Positions 1 to 10,176 are shown, counted from the first letter of the stretch. The stretch: DNA of 64,000 nt from Candidatus Sulfomarinibacteraceae bacterium (GCA_963796455.1 CAWCLO010000004.1:256001-320000), one strand, 5' to 3'. The notes: generated from the sequence alone by a model not told the origin. Translations and numbers: made by a program.

Positions 1-1358
1 GGATCGCCTTTGACCACACGCCCGATCCACGAGTCGAGAACCGCAATCAATCCGACCTGTCGTTGATCACGATCGCGGATGCCGAAGTGCATTCGCTGGT
101 CGCCCGGCCGGGTCCGGACGGCGATCCCTATTGGTCGCCGGACGGCCGCTGGGTGTTGTTCTCCACCGGTGACGGTGACGCCTCGTATTTTTTGAATTCG
201 GAGCTCGCCAGAGTCCTCGCCAATGGCGGCCAATCCGAGGTTCTCAGCGAGGCCTTTGACGAGGACGTGAGCGCAGTGGGATGGCTCGAGGACGGCATTC
301 GTTTCATCGCCCTCGACCGGACGACCCGGAGGCTCTATCGCCTGGATCCGGAGAGCCGCCGGATCGATCTCGTCGACATCGAGGGATTGCCGCCGGTACT
401 GTGGTCGGTGGATTTTTCGAAGGACGGAACTTCGATGGCCGTGCAGGGTGAAGGACCGGACACGCTCGACGAGATCTACCGCGTCGATGCCAACGGGGCT
501 GCGGCAGCCCGCATTACGGAGATGACGCAGCAGACTGAGGGTTGGCCCACCGGAAGTCGGGAGGTCATTCAGTGGCCGAGCCGCGACGGCGCGATGATCG
601 AGGGTGTGCTGCTCAAACCAGAAGACTTCGATCCGGAGGTCGAACATCCGTTGATGGTCATCATCCACGGCGGACCGTCGTGGTTGTCCTTTCCTTCGCC
701 CGTCTACAGTTACGTCTACCCGGTTCAACAATGGCTGCAAAAAGGTGCCGTCGTTCTCATGCCCAACTACCGCGGCTCCGCGGGTTATGGTGAGACATTT
801 CGATCGCTCAATGTTCGCAATCTCGGAGTCGGTGACGCCTGGGATGTGCTCTCGGGGGTGGACTTTCTGGTGGAAAAGGGCTTTGTTGACAACGATCGGG
901 TGGCTTCAATGGGTTGGAGCCAGGGCGGTTATATTTCGGCCTTCCTGACCACGACCAGTGATCGATTCAAGGCGATCTCGGTGGGTGCGGGTATCTCGAA
1001 CTGGATGACCTATTACGTGAATACCGACATCCACCCTTTTACCCGCCATTACCTCGGGGGCACCCCCTGGGACGACCCGGAGGTCTATGCAAAGACCTCA
1101 CCCATGACCTTTATCACCGAAGCTTCGACACCGACCCTGATTCAACACGGCGAGTTCGACCGAAGGGTGCCGACCCCAAACGCATACGAGCTCTATCAGG
1201 GTCTGCAGGATGTGGGGGTGGATGTGGAACTCATCATCTACAAGGGCTTCGGCCACGGGATTTCCAAACCCAAAGAGCGGCTGGCTGCGGTGTGGCACAA
1301 CTGGCGATTCTTCGCCAAATGGATCTTTGATGAGGAGATCGAGATCCCGATCGAGTAG
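1..1358 (+). CDS. S9 family (prolyl oligopeptidase/acylaminoacyl peptidase-like) serine peptidase, 5'-partial
   Basis: Frame is open from the window start; WSPDG beta-propeller repeat, IHGGP, NYRGSAGYG, nucleophile motif GWSQGG, catalytic Asp (HGEFDRRV) and His (GFGHG). Confidence 0.93.
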   Translation, partial: IAFDHTPDPRVENRNQSDLSLITIADAEVHSLVARPGPDGDPYWSPDGRWVLFSTGDGDASYFLNSELARVLANGGQSEVLSEAFDEDVSAVGWLEDGIRFIALDRTTRRLYRLDPESRRIDLVDIEGLPPVLWSVDFSKDGTSMAVQGEGPDTLDEIYRVDANGAAAARITEMTQQTEGWPTGSREVIQWPSRDGAMIEGVLLKPEDFDPEVEHPLMVIIHGGPSWLSFPSPVYSYVYPVQQWLQKGAVVLMPNYRGSAGYGETFRSLNVRNLGVGDAWDVLSGVDFLVEKGFVDNDRVASMGWSQGGYISAFLTTTSDRFKAISVGAGISNWMTYYVNTDIHPFTRHYLGGTPWDDPEVYAKTSPMTFITEASTPTLIQHGEFDRRVPTPNAYELYQGLQDVGVDVELIIYKGFGHGISKPKERLAAVWHNWRFFAKWIFDEEIEIPIE

Positions 1359-1411
1359 GCCGGGAGTGTGACCTCCGGCACCGCTTCACGCCGGCAGGCG
1401 ATCCATCATGG

Positions 1412-2716
1412 ATGATGGACCGGATCATGAATGGACTGTTGCACGAGGGGGTCATTCGATTCGTCTTCGCTTTTGGCTTGGTCCCGTGGATGGGTGGAGT
1501 CTGCTTTGCCCAGGGCCCGTGTCCGGGCCTGGAGCCGCCTTCGGGGCCGATCGTCGAGGTTTCCCCTGATGATGCGGATGATCTTCGCGACGTCGTTGCC
1601 GGTGCCGCGGCAGGCACGACGATCCTCCTGGCCGATGGAATCTATGCGATGGATGGGGGCGACTATTCCCACCGGCTCCATTTCACGACACCCGGTGTCA
1701 CCCTGCGATCGGCAAGTGGGAATCGAGATGCGGTCATTCTCGATGGCGGTTATGTCACCGCCGAGCTGATCAGCATTCAGGCCTCGAACACGGTGATCGC
1801 CGATTTGACCGTGCAAAAGGCATTCGACCATCCGATCCACGTCAGCGGGCCCGGCACCTCGATCGAAGGCATCGTGATCCACAATGTGAGGATCGTGGAC
1901 CCCGGTCAGCAGGCGGTGAAAATCAACGCGGTGGAAGGTGGCACCGTCAACAACAGCGTCCTTCGGTGTTCACATATCGAGCTCACAAACTCCGGCCGGT
2001 CGATGATCCGAGACAACTGCTATACGGGTGGGCTCGACGCCCACGCGGCGACCGGATGGCGTATCTGGCGCAACAGAATCGAAGGCTTCTGGTGCGCTGA
2101 GGGGCTCTCCGAGCACGGTATCCATCTGTGGCGGCAATCGGCCGACACGCTGGTCGAAGAAAACGTGGTTGTCGACTGCGCGCGCGGCATCGGATTCGGG
2201 CTCGGTCCCGGTGCCGACGGCACCACCGGTGGGGTCATTCGAAATAATTTCATTGCCGCCGCGGATCCTGGCCTCTTCGCGTCTAGTGACGGTTTCGATT
2301 CGGGCATCGTCCTGTGGGGAGCGGAGGAAGCGGAGGTCTACCACAACACCATCGCCTCGACCCAGGCTCCGCGGGCCTCATCGATCGAGTGGCGTTTTAT
2401 CGACACCAATGTCACCATCGCCAACAATCTGATGACCGACCGGATGTGGGATCGCGGCGGCACGGTTGTGGCCTCGAGCAATATGGAATACGCCTCGACC
2501 GACCTGTTGATCGATGTGGCGGCGGGAAAACTCTATTTATCCGATCCAGTCTCGTCGCCGGTCGGTGCCGGGACTCAACTGGCGGCCGGTGTCTGTGACC
2601 GCGATATCGATGGCCAGCTTCGTGGTACTGCCCCAGATATCGGCGCCGACGAATACGGGTGGGGGATTTTTGTCGATGGGTTTGAAAGTGGGGACGATTC
2701 CTGGTGGTCCGACTGA
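1412..2716 (+). CDS. Secreted right-handed beta-helix protein with choice-of-anchor-Q-like DIGADE end and IFVDGFESGD tail
   Basis: Signal-like N-terminus, TILLADGIY motif, repeated Ix(R/H)NN beta-helix rungs, DIDGQLRG..PDIGADEY. Confidence 0.75.
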   Translation: MMDRIMNGLLHEGVIRFVFAFGLVPWMGGVCFAQGPCPGLEPPSGPIVEVSPDDADDLRDVVAGAAAGTTILLADGIYAMDGGDYSHRLHFTTPGVTLRSASGNRDAVILDGGYVTAELISIQASNTVIADLTVQKAFDHPIHVSGPGTSIEGIVIHNVRIVDPGQQAVKINAVEGGTVNNSVLRCSHIELTNSGRSMIRDNCYTGGLDAHAATGWRIWRNRIEGFWCAEGLSEHGIHLWRQSADTLVEENVVVDCARGIGFGLGPGADGTTGGVIRNNFIAAADPGLFASSDGFDSGIVLWGAEEAEVYHNTIASTQAPRASSIEWRFIDTNVTIANNLMTDRMWDRGGTVVASSNMEYASTDLLIDVAAGKLYLSDPVSSPVGAGTQLAAGVCDRDIDGQLRGTAPDIGADEYGWGIFVDGFESGDDSWWSD

Positions 2717-2799
2717 CGCGGCAGATCGTCCAACTTGAGCCTTGCATTAAATCGCCATGTAACTACTTGCCAAGTATTGAATTAGACCAAGCCCCCGGT

Positions 2800-2808
2800 T
2801 GATATAAT
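2800..2808 (+). promoter_or_regulatory. Extended -10 promoter (TGnTATAAT) upstream of the 2882 gene
   Basis: TGATATAAT in an AT-rich intergenic region; inverted repeat TACTTG-C-CAAGTA at 2764-2776 may be an operator. Confidence 0.5.
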
Positions 2809-2881
2809 TGAGACAGTTCCGATTTTTGATTCCACAAACAGGCGAAAAAAGAGCGGTCGCTCTTCCGAAAAGGGGGTCATC

Positions 2882-3988
2882 ATGCGTGACGAGAAGGCTT
2901 CGAATTCAATCATGTGTTTTCTGGTTGTTGCGGTGGTGATTCTGGCATCGGCAACAGTTCGGCCGGTGGTGGCGGCGCTCGCACCGGATGACTGTATCGA
3001 TTTCGGGGATCTCGGGCTTGACTCAGCCTACGTTGTGCCGGGCGGGTTCACCACGGCGGGAACGACAGTCACAACCTCGGCATTTCAATTTTCCAACTTG
3101 AATTGGACCACAGCTGGATGGGCAGCCGTCCGGAATGCGAACGCTTCTGGCGGTACGGGTAAAGACCTGCAGGTCAACAACGTCACCTTGAACTTCGATT
3201 TTGGCCGTCCGGTTGAGGATTTGCGGCTGTTTTTTGGTGAATATGGCGGCAATGTCAATCTCACGATCAACGGTGCTTTCAACAATCTCGACGACTTCGA
3301 CGAACTCGATCAGCAAATGGTCGGTGGCACCCTGGTCGAGGTCGGTATCTCGCCGACCGGGCTTGGAATCATGGTCATCACCGGAACGATCAACTCCTTT
3401 TCGATCGGTGGACAGGAGCTGTGGATCGACGATATCTGCGAATCCGCGGAGCCGTCCGGGTGCATCGAGTTTGAGGATCTGCCGTATCCGCAGACCTATG
3501 AATACGGACAGTTCCTTGTCGATTCGGGTGTTGGGATGTGGCTTGACGAGTTCTTCTGGTTGCCCTCCGGGTCGACGACTGGCGGGACCTGTCCCGTCGC
3601 GGTCTCCCAGGCCTCGGGCGGCACCGGTCAGGATGTCTTTCCGAGCAACCTCAATTTGTTTTTCGGTCTTCCGGAAACGCTGGCGGAGATCACCTTGCTC
3701 TATGAGGACTACGGAGGCAACGTCAACCTCGTCGTCAACGACGATCTGGCGAATGTCGGAAACTTCACGGCTTTGCACAACACGATGGTCGGCGGCGCAG
3801 TCGTGACCCTGCAACCCGCAACTGGAACCGCCGGCCAGCTGACTGTGACTGGTTCAATCGAGTCCTTCGCAATCGGCGGCCAGGAGACATACATCGACCA
3901 TGTCTGCTATGTCCCTGTCGCCCTATGGAGCAATGGCTTCGAAACAGGAAATACCACTCCCTGGACGATGACTGTCGGTGGGCCCTGA
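2882..3988 (+). CDS. Secreted protein with two tandem ~150-aa beta-rich domains and an LWSNGFETG tail
   Basis: Signal peptide; internal duplication (CIDFGDL..EYGGNVNLTIN..IGGQELWIDDIC versus CIEFEDL..DYGGNVNLVVN..IGGQETYIDHVC). Confidence 0.75.
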   Translation: MRDEKASNSIMCFLVVAVVILASATVRPVVAALAPDDCIDFGDLGLDSAYVVPGGFTTAGTTVTTSAFQFSNLNWTTAGWAAVRNANASGGTGKDLQVNNVTLNFDFGRPVEDLRLFFGEYGGNVNLTINGAFNNLDDFDELDQQMVGGTLVEVGISPTGLGIMVITGTINSFSIGGQELWIDDICESAEPSGCIEFEDLPYPQTYEYGQFLVDSGVGMWLDEFFWLPSGSTTGGTCPVAVSQASGGTGQDVFPSNLNLFFGLPETLAEITLLYEDYGGNVNLVVNDDLANVGNFTALHNTMVGGAVVTLQPATGTAGQLTVTGSIESFAIGGQETYIDHVCYVPVALWSNGFETGNTTPWTMTVGGP

Positions 3989-3995
3989 ATCAGGG

Positions 3996-4967
3996 TCAAA
4001 CGACTTTGAGTCTCCGGATAGTGGCCTTGAGTATTCCCGAGGCGGGGTAGTAGGAGTAGAGCTTGTAGCTCAGGAGCCCCGCGGTGTGGGGGACGGTCGA
4101 GGCACAGGTGCCGATGATCCTGACACCTCCGACTCTCCTGTCGAGATTGTCGTGGGTGTGGCCGTGCAGAATGGCCTTGACCTCGAAGGTGCTTGCCAGA
4201 AGGCGGAGGCCGACCCGGTCGACCCGGTCGAGTTGCAGTGCCGGTCGGAGCCAGAAGGGCCTCGGTTTCTCTCCCCTCCGTTTGGAGGTCGCGGAGCGCG
4301 GAATGTTTGGCGAGTGGTGGAGGGCGATCAGCTTGCACGGGATTTCAGGGTTTTCATTGAGCAATCGACCGAGACGGGCCAGCTGGTCGAAGGTGATCCG
4401 TCCGACCGCATTGTCGGCGATGTTGAAATTTCCTGCATTGACGCTATCGATCGAAAAGACACCGATTTGTTTGTTGGCAAAAAGCCGGAGATTTGGAAAC
4501 TCCGACGATTGCCCACCCGCCGTGAGACCTGCCTCGACGATGGCCAGTGACTCCACCTTTGCTTTGCTGCGCCTGAGGTCGAGACAGGCGGCGTCGTGGT
4601 TGCCTGCAAGGACGCAGATCTTCTGGCGGTCCAGACCGGCATCCGCGACCGCCCTCCAGAGATAATTCCAGGCGGCCAGTTCGCCGCGATCGCTGACATC
4701 GCCAGTGATCAGGACGAGATCCGCCTCCGTCACGGGGGCGTGGCGAAGGAGGCGGCACAGATTCACATTCATGTTGCGCGCACGATCCTCCTTGCGGCGA
4801 CCGCTCTCGGTGGCCGTGAGGTGCAGATCTGAAAGGTGGGCGATCCTCAGGTTTTTGCTCACGGGCGGGCTCCCTGGACGAGTGTATCGTTGCCGTATTT
4901 GATCACGGGCGGTCTTGGAGAGAGGCCCGTAACCTTGACTGCGTCCCAGTCTCATCGTAGAATCCAA
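3996..4967 (-). CDS. Calcineurin-like metallophosphoesterase (CpdA/Icc-like); start uncertain
   Basis: SDLH, TGD, GNHD, ALHH and HGHTH motifs. Confidence 0.85.
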   Translation of the reverse strand: MDSTMRLGRSQGYGPLSKTARDQIRQRYTRPGSPPVSKNLRIAHLSDLHLTATESGRRKEDRARNMNVNLCRLLRHAPVTEADLVLITGDVSDRGELAAWNYLWRAVADAGLDRQKICVLAGNHDAACLDLRRSKAKVESLAIVEAGLTAGGQSSEFPNLRLFANKQIGVFSIDSVNAGNFNIADNAVGRITFDQLARLGRLLNENPEIPCKLIALHHSPNIPRSATSKRRGEKPRPFWLRPALQLDRVDRVGLRLLASTFEVKAILHGHTHDNLDRRVGGVRIIGTCASTVPHTAGLLSYKLYSYYPASGILKATIRRLKVV

Positions 4968-4984
4968 GCAAAACGAGGTGAAAA

Positions 4985-6331
4985 ATGTTGTCAGGATCTC
5001 TCCGTCGTGTGTCGGCCGGGGCGTCAGCTCTTTGTGGGCTGCTCATTGCCATCGTGTGTTGGACGCCGTCGGCCTCGGCGCAGGAACCTGGTTTCAGGAT
5101 CTTTGGTGAGGTCAACATCAACTATCGGGACTCCGCTTTTGTCGAGGCCAGGGTGCCGGTTGATTTCCCTCCGAGTTTCTGGGAAGAGGGGGATGACGGC
5201 GTTTTTCTGAGGACGGTTGACCCGGGTTCCCACTACGAGCTGTCGGATGTGGAGATCGGGTTCGAGATGACCTTTTCCAAGATGTGGAGCGCCCAGATTC
5301 TGGTCCATGTCGAGGATCTCTACAACCGAAATCCGACGTCCATCGATGATCGAATCTTCGTGCGTGAGTTCTGGCTCCGTTATGGCACCGTGGATCGCCG
5401 ATTCCGGCCGCTCGAACCGTGGGGGGGATTTGTCCAACTTGGAAAGGCGCCTCGCTTTGCCAAGCAGATCATTCGAAATCTCGAGAGCTACGGTTTGTGG
5501 GGAACGGCGGTCAACCGTTTCGAAATTCCACAGATCCAGCTCGGTCTGAATCTGGGCGGCAACTTCTATGCCCGGGCTCAGTACGGCATTGCCGGCCCGC
5601 TTTTCATGCGTGACGTCAACGCATTGGCCGGAGACAACGGAACATTCGATCGGGTTCCGGGTGCCAATGCACCAAAGTACAACTCCGGATTCCCGATTCT
5701 CTACGACGCCCGGATCAAGAACTTCAGCCTCGACGGTGAATCAGAACTCGGTATCGGTTTCGGGTTCCGATCCGCCAGTGAAGACGGTGACTCTTCGATT
5801 GACGTGATGGCCTGGTACTACCAACGCACCTTGGCCGATGCTCCCGACATCGAAGGCACCTTCTATCAGGGGGATCTCGACCTCCTCGCCGGTGCGGGCC
5901 TGCCACTGCCTTATGAGGGTGACCGGAAATGGGAAGGGGGCCTCAATGTGGAGTGGCGTCTTGGCGGGTGGCTCGGATTCGCCCAGTTCGTCAAACAGGA
6001 CATCGCGTCCCTCGAGCGTCAGGGTTTCGAGATCGAAACCGCCTACAACTTCTCCATCACGCCGCTGTTTGCGGCCTGGGACCAGCCGGTGTTCAACTGG
6101 ATCCGACCGGCCGTGCGCTATTCCCAGATCGACAACGATTTCTCGGTTTCGGGACCGTTCATCACGCCGTCCATGTTCTGGGATTGGCAGAAGCTCGATA
6201 TCGGTCTCCGCGTGGGCATCGTCCGCGCCTCGGATCTCACCATCGAATACAGCAAAAACGACGCCAAGCTGACGAACGGTAAGGAACTCCACCCCAACGA
6301 GTGGTTGGTGACCCTGCGGATATTCTGGTAG
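4985..6331 (+). CDS. Putative outer-membrane beta-barrel (porin-like)
   Basis: Signal peptide (ASA-Q), alternating amphipathic strands, aromatic C-terminus (LRIFW). Confidence 0.65.
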   Translation: MLSGSLRRVSAGASALCGLLIAIVCWTPSASAQEPGFRIFGEVNINYRDSAFVEARVPVDFPPSFWEEGDDGVFLRTVDPGSHYELSDVEIGFEMTFSKMWSAQILVHVEDLYNRNPTSIDDRIFVREFWLRYGTVDRRFRPLEPWGGFVQLGKAPRFAKQIIRNLESYGLWGTAVNRFEIPQIQLGLNLGGNFYARAQYGIAGPLFMRDVNALAGDNGTFDRVPGANAPKYNSGFPILYDARIKNFSLDGESELGIGFGFRSASEDGDSSIDVMAWYYQRTLADAPDIEGTFYQGDLDLLAGAGLPLPYEGDRKWEGGLNVEWRLGGWLGFAQFVKQDIASLERQGFEIETAYNFSITPLFAAWDQPVFNWIRPAVRYSQIDNDFSVSGPFITPSMFWDWQKLDIGLRVGIVRASDLTIEYSKNDAKLTNGKELHPNEWLVTLRIFW

Positions 6332-6359
6332 CGCGCGACGATCCTTCGAAATTGCTATT

Positions 6360-6574
6360 CAGTGTTGTCCGAACCGAATCGTGATCTGAAGATGCCCGAT
6401 TGACACCACGAGGGTTCGGGGTTGGTTTTTGGCATATCCGGTTTGCGGTTGGGCCGTACCCGATCCCGATCCCGATCCCGAATTACAGCGGCAGCGACAG
6501 TGTCCAGCGACAGGGACAGGCAACAGCGACAGCGAACAGTGATCAGTGATCAGTGATCAGCGGCAGCGATCAGG
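6360..6574 (+). mobile_element. Partial copy (one end) of the MITE-like family
   Basis: Starts CAGTGTTGTCCGAAC and is a reverse-complement homologue of 26376-26583 and 63411-63639, including the GGTTGGTTTTTGGCATATCCGGTT core; second end and TSD not found. Confidence 0.7.
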
Positions 6575-6622
6575 TACATCCACCGCGGCCCATCGAAAGC
6601 GGTACTTTGTCGGCCGTGCCAT

Positions 6623-6860
6623 AGATCCTTCGACTGCGGCGCCACCGGGTGGCGCCTCCGCTCAGGATGACATCAGGAGAGGACATTGCCTGGCGCCTCA
6701 GCTTTTTTGCAGGACATGAAAAGGTCTTTTCATTCTGTCCTAGTGGGCGGAGTTGAAACCGTTCCAAGAAAATATCGGTCGCACGAACGCCACGGCACCG
6801 GTAGGCCGTTCCAATATGTCATCCTGAGCAGAGCGCCTCGGGCGCGGAGTCGAAGGATCT
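6623..6860. repeat. Two oppositely oriented TGTCATCCTGAGC..GTCGAAGGATCT palindromic (REP-like) units
   Basis: Units at 6623-6672 (reverse) and 6817-6860 (forward); same family at 12708-12809. Confidence 0.85.
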
Positions 6861-6952
6861 GCGGCCGGGGCAGTCGGGTGTAGATCATTCAACCCGATAG
6901 CTCGTCCCCCTCGGTCAGGATGGTTCGCCTTTGATTGGCCGAATTCGAGGGG

Positions 6953-9115
6953 TCACCACTCAGTGACAAGCACCTCACGTAGCCCGAGATAAACCGCATT
7001 GGCCGACGCCGGTCGTCGGCTCGGATCTTTGGCGAGACAACTCATTACGATGGTCTCGAGTTCAGCCGGGACATCGGCCCGGGCGGCTCGCATGGGTGGG
7101 GGAGGGGTCGTGAGCTGTTGCTGGATCATGGAACCCACGGTCTTGCCCGTGAAGGGCATGTGACCGGCGAACATTTCCCAAAGCATGATGCCCAGGCTGT
7201 AGATATCGCTCTGATTATCCGGGGTTTCGCCGCGGCACTGCTCGGGGCTCATATAGGCGGGTGTTCCCTCGACCATCTTCTTTTCACCATCGCCACTCGA
7301 AGTTTCGCCCCGCGAGATCCCGAAGTCCATCAGCTTCACGACACCATTCGGCAGGACCATGATGTTCTGAGGCTTGAGGTCGCGGTGGACGATGCCCTCG
7401 CGGTGGACCGCCTCGAGTCCCCGGCACATCTGTTTGGCGATCTGCAGACCGGGAGCGAAGCCGAGATTCTTGGTCTGCTTGAGAACCTTGAGCAGAGTGG
7501 TGCCCGGGACATATTCCATCGACAGACAGCGCATCCCGCCCGCTTCGACAAGATCATGGACCCGAATCACATTGCTGTGCGAAATACGGCGGGCGAGCCG
7601 GATCTCTCTCTTGAGTTTTGCCAGACCGTCGGTGGCGTCCTCGAAGGCGCCGGGTTTCAAGACCTTGAGGGCGACGTCTTCTTCGAGTTCGAGATCGGTT
7701 GCACGGTACACAACGCCCATGCCACCCCGTCCGAGCTCCGATCGGATCTTGTAGCGGGTACCAAAGGACTCGCCAAGTTCGGGGAGGCGAAGGTCCTCCA
7801 CCGAAGTGGATGCGGACTGTTCCGCGGCAGTCGATGAACCGGTGTCGGACGACCGCGCTTTGAGGTCCACCAACAACTGTTCGAGGGCCTCTTTTTCGCG
7901 CAGTTCGTCCACCATCTTCCGGAACGCGTCGGCCAGGACCCCGACTTCGCCGCTTCCTTCGGTGGGCAGTTCCACGTCGAGTCGGCCATCGCGAATGAAC
8001 TCCGCACCGGCGGCAAGGGCGCGCAAGGGGCCGGCTATGCGGCGGCCAAGGAGAAAAGAGATGGGCAGGGACAACAGCAACATCACGGCCCCGGCGATGA
8101 TCAATGCTCTGCGAATTGCGTAGAAGGAGGCCATTTCTTCGGCCCTCGACCGAGCGACCAGCAGCGCCGCAAAGACGTTGCCGTCGGAACTCTCGATCGG
8201 AACGCCGAGAATCACCCGTTCGCCGCCATGCATCTGGATTCGTTCAGGCCCGAAAACCAACCGTTCACCGACCAGTCGATCCACCGTGTCGGGTTGGTCA
8301 AATACCATTCGCGTGAGCATCTCGCCATCGATCCCGGGCGTCGATAGGCTGAGACTGAGTTGTGGATCTTCGCCGCGTTTGGCCATATCCACCACAACAG
8401 CGACCTCGCCTCGGGTGAGACCACGAAGCTGGGAGAGGGCCTCGCCATCGACGGGAAAGGTTACAGCAAGGACTCCCAACAGCTGTGCCCCATCGCCCTC
8501 GCCGGCAATCACAGGTGCCGCGGCCACCACGGCCAGGGTCTGCTTTTCGCGGATGAATGCAGTTGTGCCCTGTCGGCTGTCGAGGACCGAAGCGACCCAT
8601 CCCACCCCGGCGAATGCCTGGCCGACGCCGCTGCCGTCGGGTCGGTCGCTGCGCGCGAGCACGCGACTGTAACGATCGAAAAGGAAAAAGGTCTGGGCGT
8701 CCAAGAGCATCTGTGGGGCGTCTTCCGTGGCAAAACTCAACCGCGTCTGAAGATCGACCTGCTCGGCGAAGAGTGCCACCGTCCCCGGTTCGTTCGCCAA
8801 TGACCGGACCTGATCGAGCGCGCTGGTCATTTGGGTCGAAGCGTAACCAGCCCAAACCTCGGGGACTCTCGCGAGGTCGTCCTGAATGGTGCGTTCGGCG
8901 ACCTGCGAGGAGCGCCACGAGGCGACCGCAACCGTCAGCCCGAGAGTGACGACGAGCAGCAGAGCCGCGAGGAGGAAGAACTGAATCGCGAGACCGAGGC
9001 CCGCTTTGCGTGGCGGAGCCACCCCGGCAACTGTCCGCATGTGTTCCAGAGCAAGGGTGTCGACTGCGTCCTCACCCATCGCGCGGGTGTTATCAGTACC
9101 TGAAATCGTCGTCAT
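6953..9115 (-). CDS. Membrane Hanks-type Ser/Thr protein kinase with extracytoplasmic Cache-like sensor and HAMP domain
   Basis: TM-sensor-TM-HAMP (PLRAL..GEVGVLADAFRKM), then LGRGGMGVVY, VALK, HRDLKPQN, DFG, GTPAYMSPE. Confidence 0.92.
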   Translation of the reverse strand: MTTISGTDNTRAMGEDAVDTLALEHMRTVAGVAPPRKAGLGLAIQFFLLAALLLVVTLGLTVAVASWRSSQVAERTIQDDLARVPEVWAGYASTQMTSALDQVRSLANEPGTVALFAEQVDLQTRLSFATEDAPQMLLDAQTFFLFDRYSRVLARSDRPDGSGVGQAFAGVGWVASVLDSRQGTTAFIREKQTLAVVAAAPVIAGEGDGAQLLGVLAVTFPVDGEALSQLRGLTRGEVAVVVDMAKRGEDPQLSLSLSTPGIDGEMLTRMVFDQPDTVDRLVGERLVFGPERIQMHGGERVILGVPIESSDGNVFAALLVARSRAEEMASFYAIRRALIIAGAVMLLLSLPISFLLGRRIAGPLRALAAGAEFIRDGRLDVELPTEGSGEVGVLADAFRKMVDELREKEALEQLLVDLKARSSDTGSSTAAEQSASTSVEDLRLPELGESFGTRYKIRSELGRGGMGVVYRATDLELEEDVALKVLKPGAFEDATDGLAKLKREIRLARRISHSNVIRVHDLVEAGGMRCLSMEYVPGTTLLKVLKQTKNLGFAPGLQIAKQMCRGLEAVHREGIVHRDLKPQNIMVLPNGVVKLMDFGISRGETSSGDGEKKMVEGTPAYMSPEQCRGETPDNQSDIYSLGIMLWEMFAGHMPFTGKTVGSMIQQQLTTPPPPMRAARADVPAELETIVMSCLAKDPSRRPASANAVYLGLREVLVTEW

Positions 9116-9866
9116 CGGGAGGGGGGTACTCCTTTCCGTGCTTGTTCAGGTGCGGCGCCTCGCGCCAACTCGTGATGTCGATCTCGACATTCAAGAGACT
9201 GGTTCGGCCCGGTCGCACCTGGACCTGCCTGGACCACATCCCACCGCGCACGTTCCAGCCTTTGACGGTCTGCCGACCGACCGGAATGTCGCGCAGCAGG
9301 AGTTTACCGTCGTCATCCGCGACGGCATGACTGCGCGAATCGACCACCATCAGATAGGCGGCCATATGAGGGTGAATATTGCAGTAGACCTGGACCAGGC
9401 CTGGTTGCTCGAAGGAGACCGATTTCGACTTGCCTTTGCGGTAGAGGCCGAGGTCGAATGACTTCGGGGTCGACAGGCTGAAGACGTTGTGGAAGACACG
9501 GTCATAGTTCGGGAAGTCGATGGTCGAACCGGTAGAGACCACGGCCAGTCTCGGTTCGAACTGCTTGTCTTTTTGCGAGACGGCGATGTGATCGCCGGTG
9601 CCCGTGGCGCGCATATCCGGGATCCAGGAGACGGTGTCCGTACCCGGCGACCGTTGATCGCCGGTGATCATTACCATTTCGACTTGGACCGCACCGGGGG
9701 GCACCGGGGTCGGCGGCGCCGGCGGGGCAATAGGCGCCGGTGTCGGAAAATAAAAACTGGGGACCTGGGCGCCGATGACGACCGAAAAGGTCACCACGAT
9801 TCCGACCGCCATCACCGATGCGGCGGTCAAGCTTGTTGCACGATGCGGACCCGGCTTCATGATCAT
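9093..9866 (-). CDS. Secreted cupredoxin-like protein with carboxypeptidase-regulatory-like domain
   Basis: QKDKQFEP, FPNYDRVFHNVFS, YCNIHPHM (His/Cys/His/Met copper-site pattern); overlaps the kinase start; start chosen at the signal-like segment. Confidence 0.8.
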   Translation of the reverse strand: MIMKPGPHRATSLTAASVMAVGIVVTFSVVIGAQVPSFYFPTPAPIAPPAPPTPVPPGAVQVEMVMITGDQRSPGTDTVSWIPDMRATGTGDHIAVSQKDKQFEPRLAVVSTGSTIDFPNYDRVFHNVFSLSTPKSFDLGLYRKGKSKSVSFEQPGLVQVYCNIHPHMAAYLMVVDSRSHAVADDDGKLLLRDIPVGRQTVKGWNVRGGMWSRQVQVRPGRTSLLNVEIDITSWREAPHLNKHGKEYPPPDDDDFRY

Positions 9867-9975
9867 CTCGTCCCGAGCGTTGGTTTCTATTACAGAGATT
9901 GAGTTTCGGTCCGAATAATACACGAAGATCCGCCCGATGTCTCGGGTGCCGGCTGTCCTGCATTTCTTTGCTGGC

Positions 9976-10176
9976 TTATTGCCTCGTTGCCTCTTCGTCG
10001 TCCTCGACGAGCGACCAGGGGCCGTTTTCACGAAGCAACGGGTCTGCCGCGAGGTCGTAGCTGCAGGTGGGGCATCTGGTGGATGTGGATTCATCGAAGG
10101 ACCACACCTGCCAAACTGCGAAGACACCTCCACAGATGGGGCACCTGACCTCGACCATCTCGGTTGGCGAATTCAT
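9976..10176 (-). CDS. Small zinc-ribbon protein
   Basis: CPIC...CPTC; GGGAGG RBS upstream. Confidence 0.6.
   Translation of the reverse strand: MNSPTEMVEVRCPICGGVFAVWQVWSFDESTSTRCPTCSYDLAADPLLRENGPWSLVEDDEEATRQ

Noticed and set aside
6429..6447. TTGGCATATCCGGTTTGC in the MITE end as a sigma54 promoter
   Set aside because: GG-to-GC spacing is 12 nt rather than the required 10; the similar motif at 54004 has 13 nt
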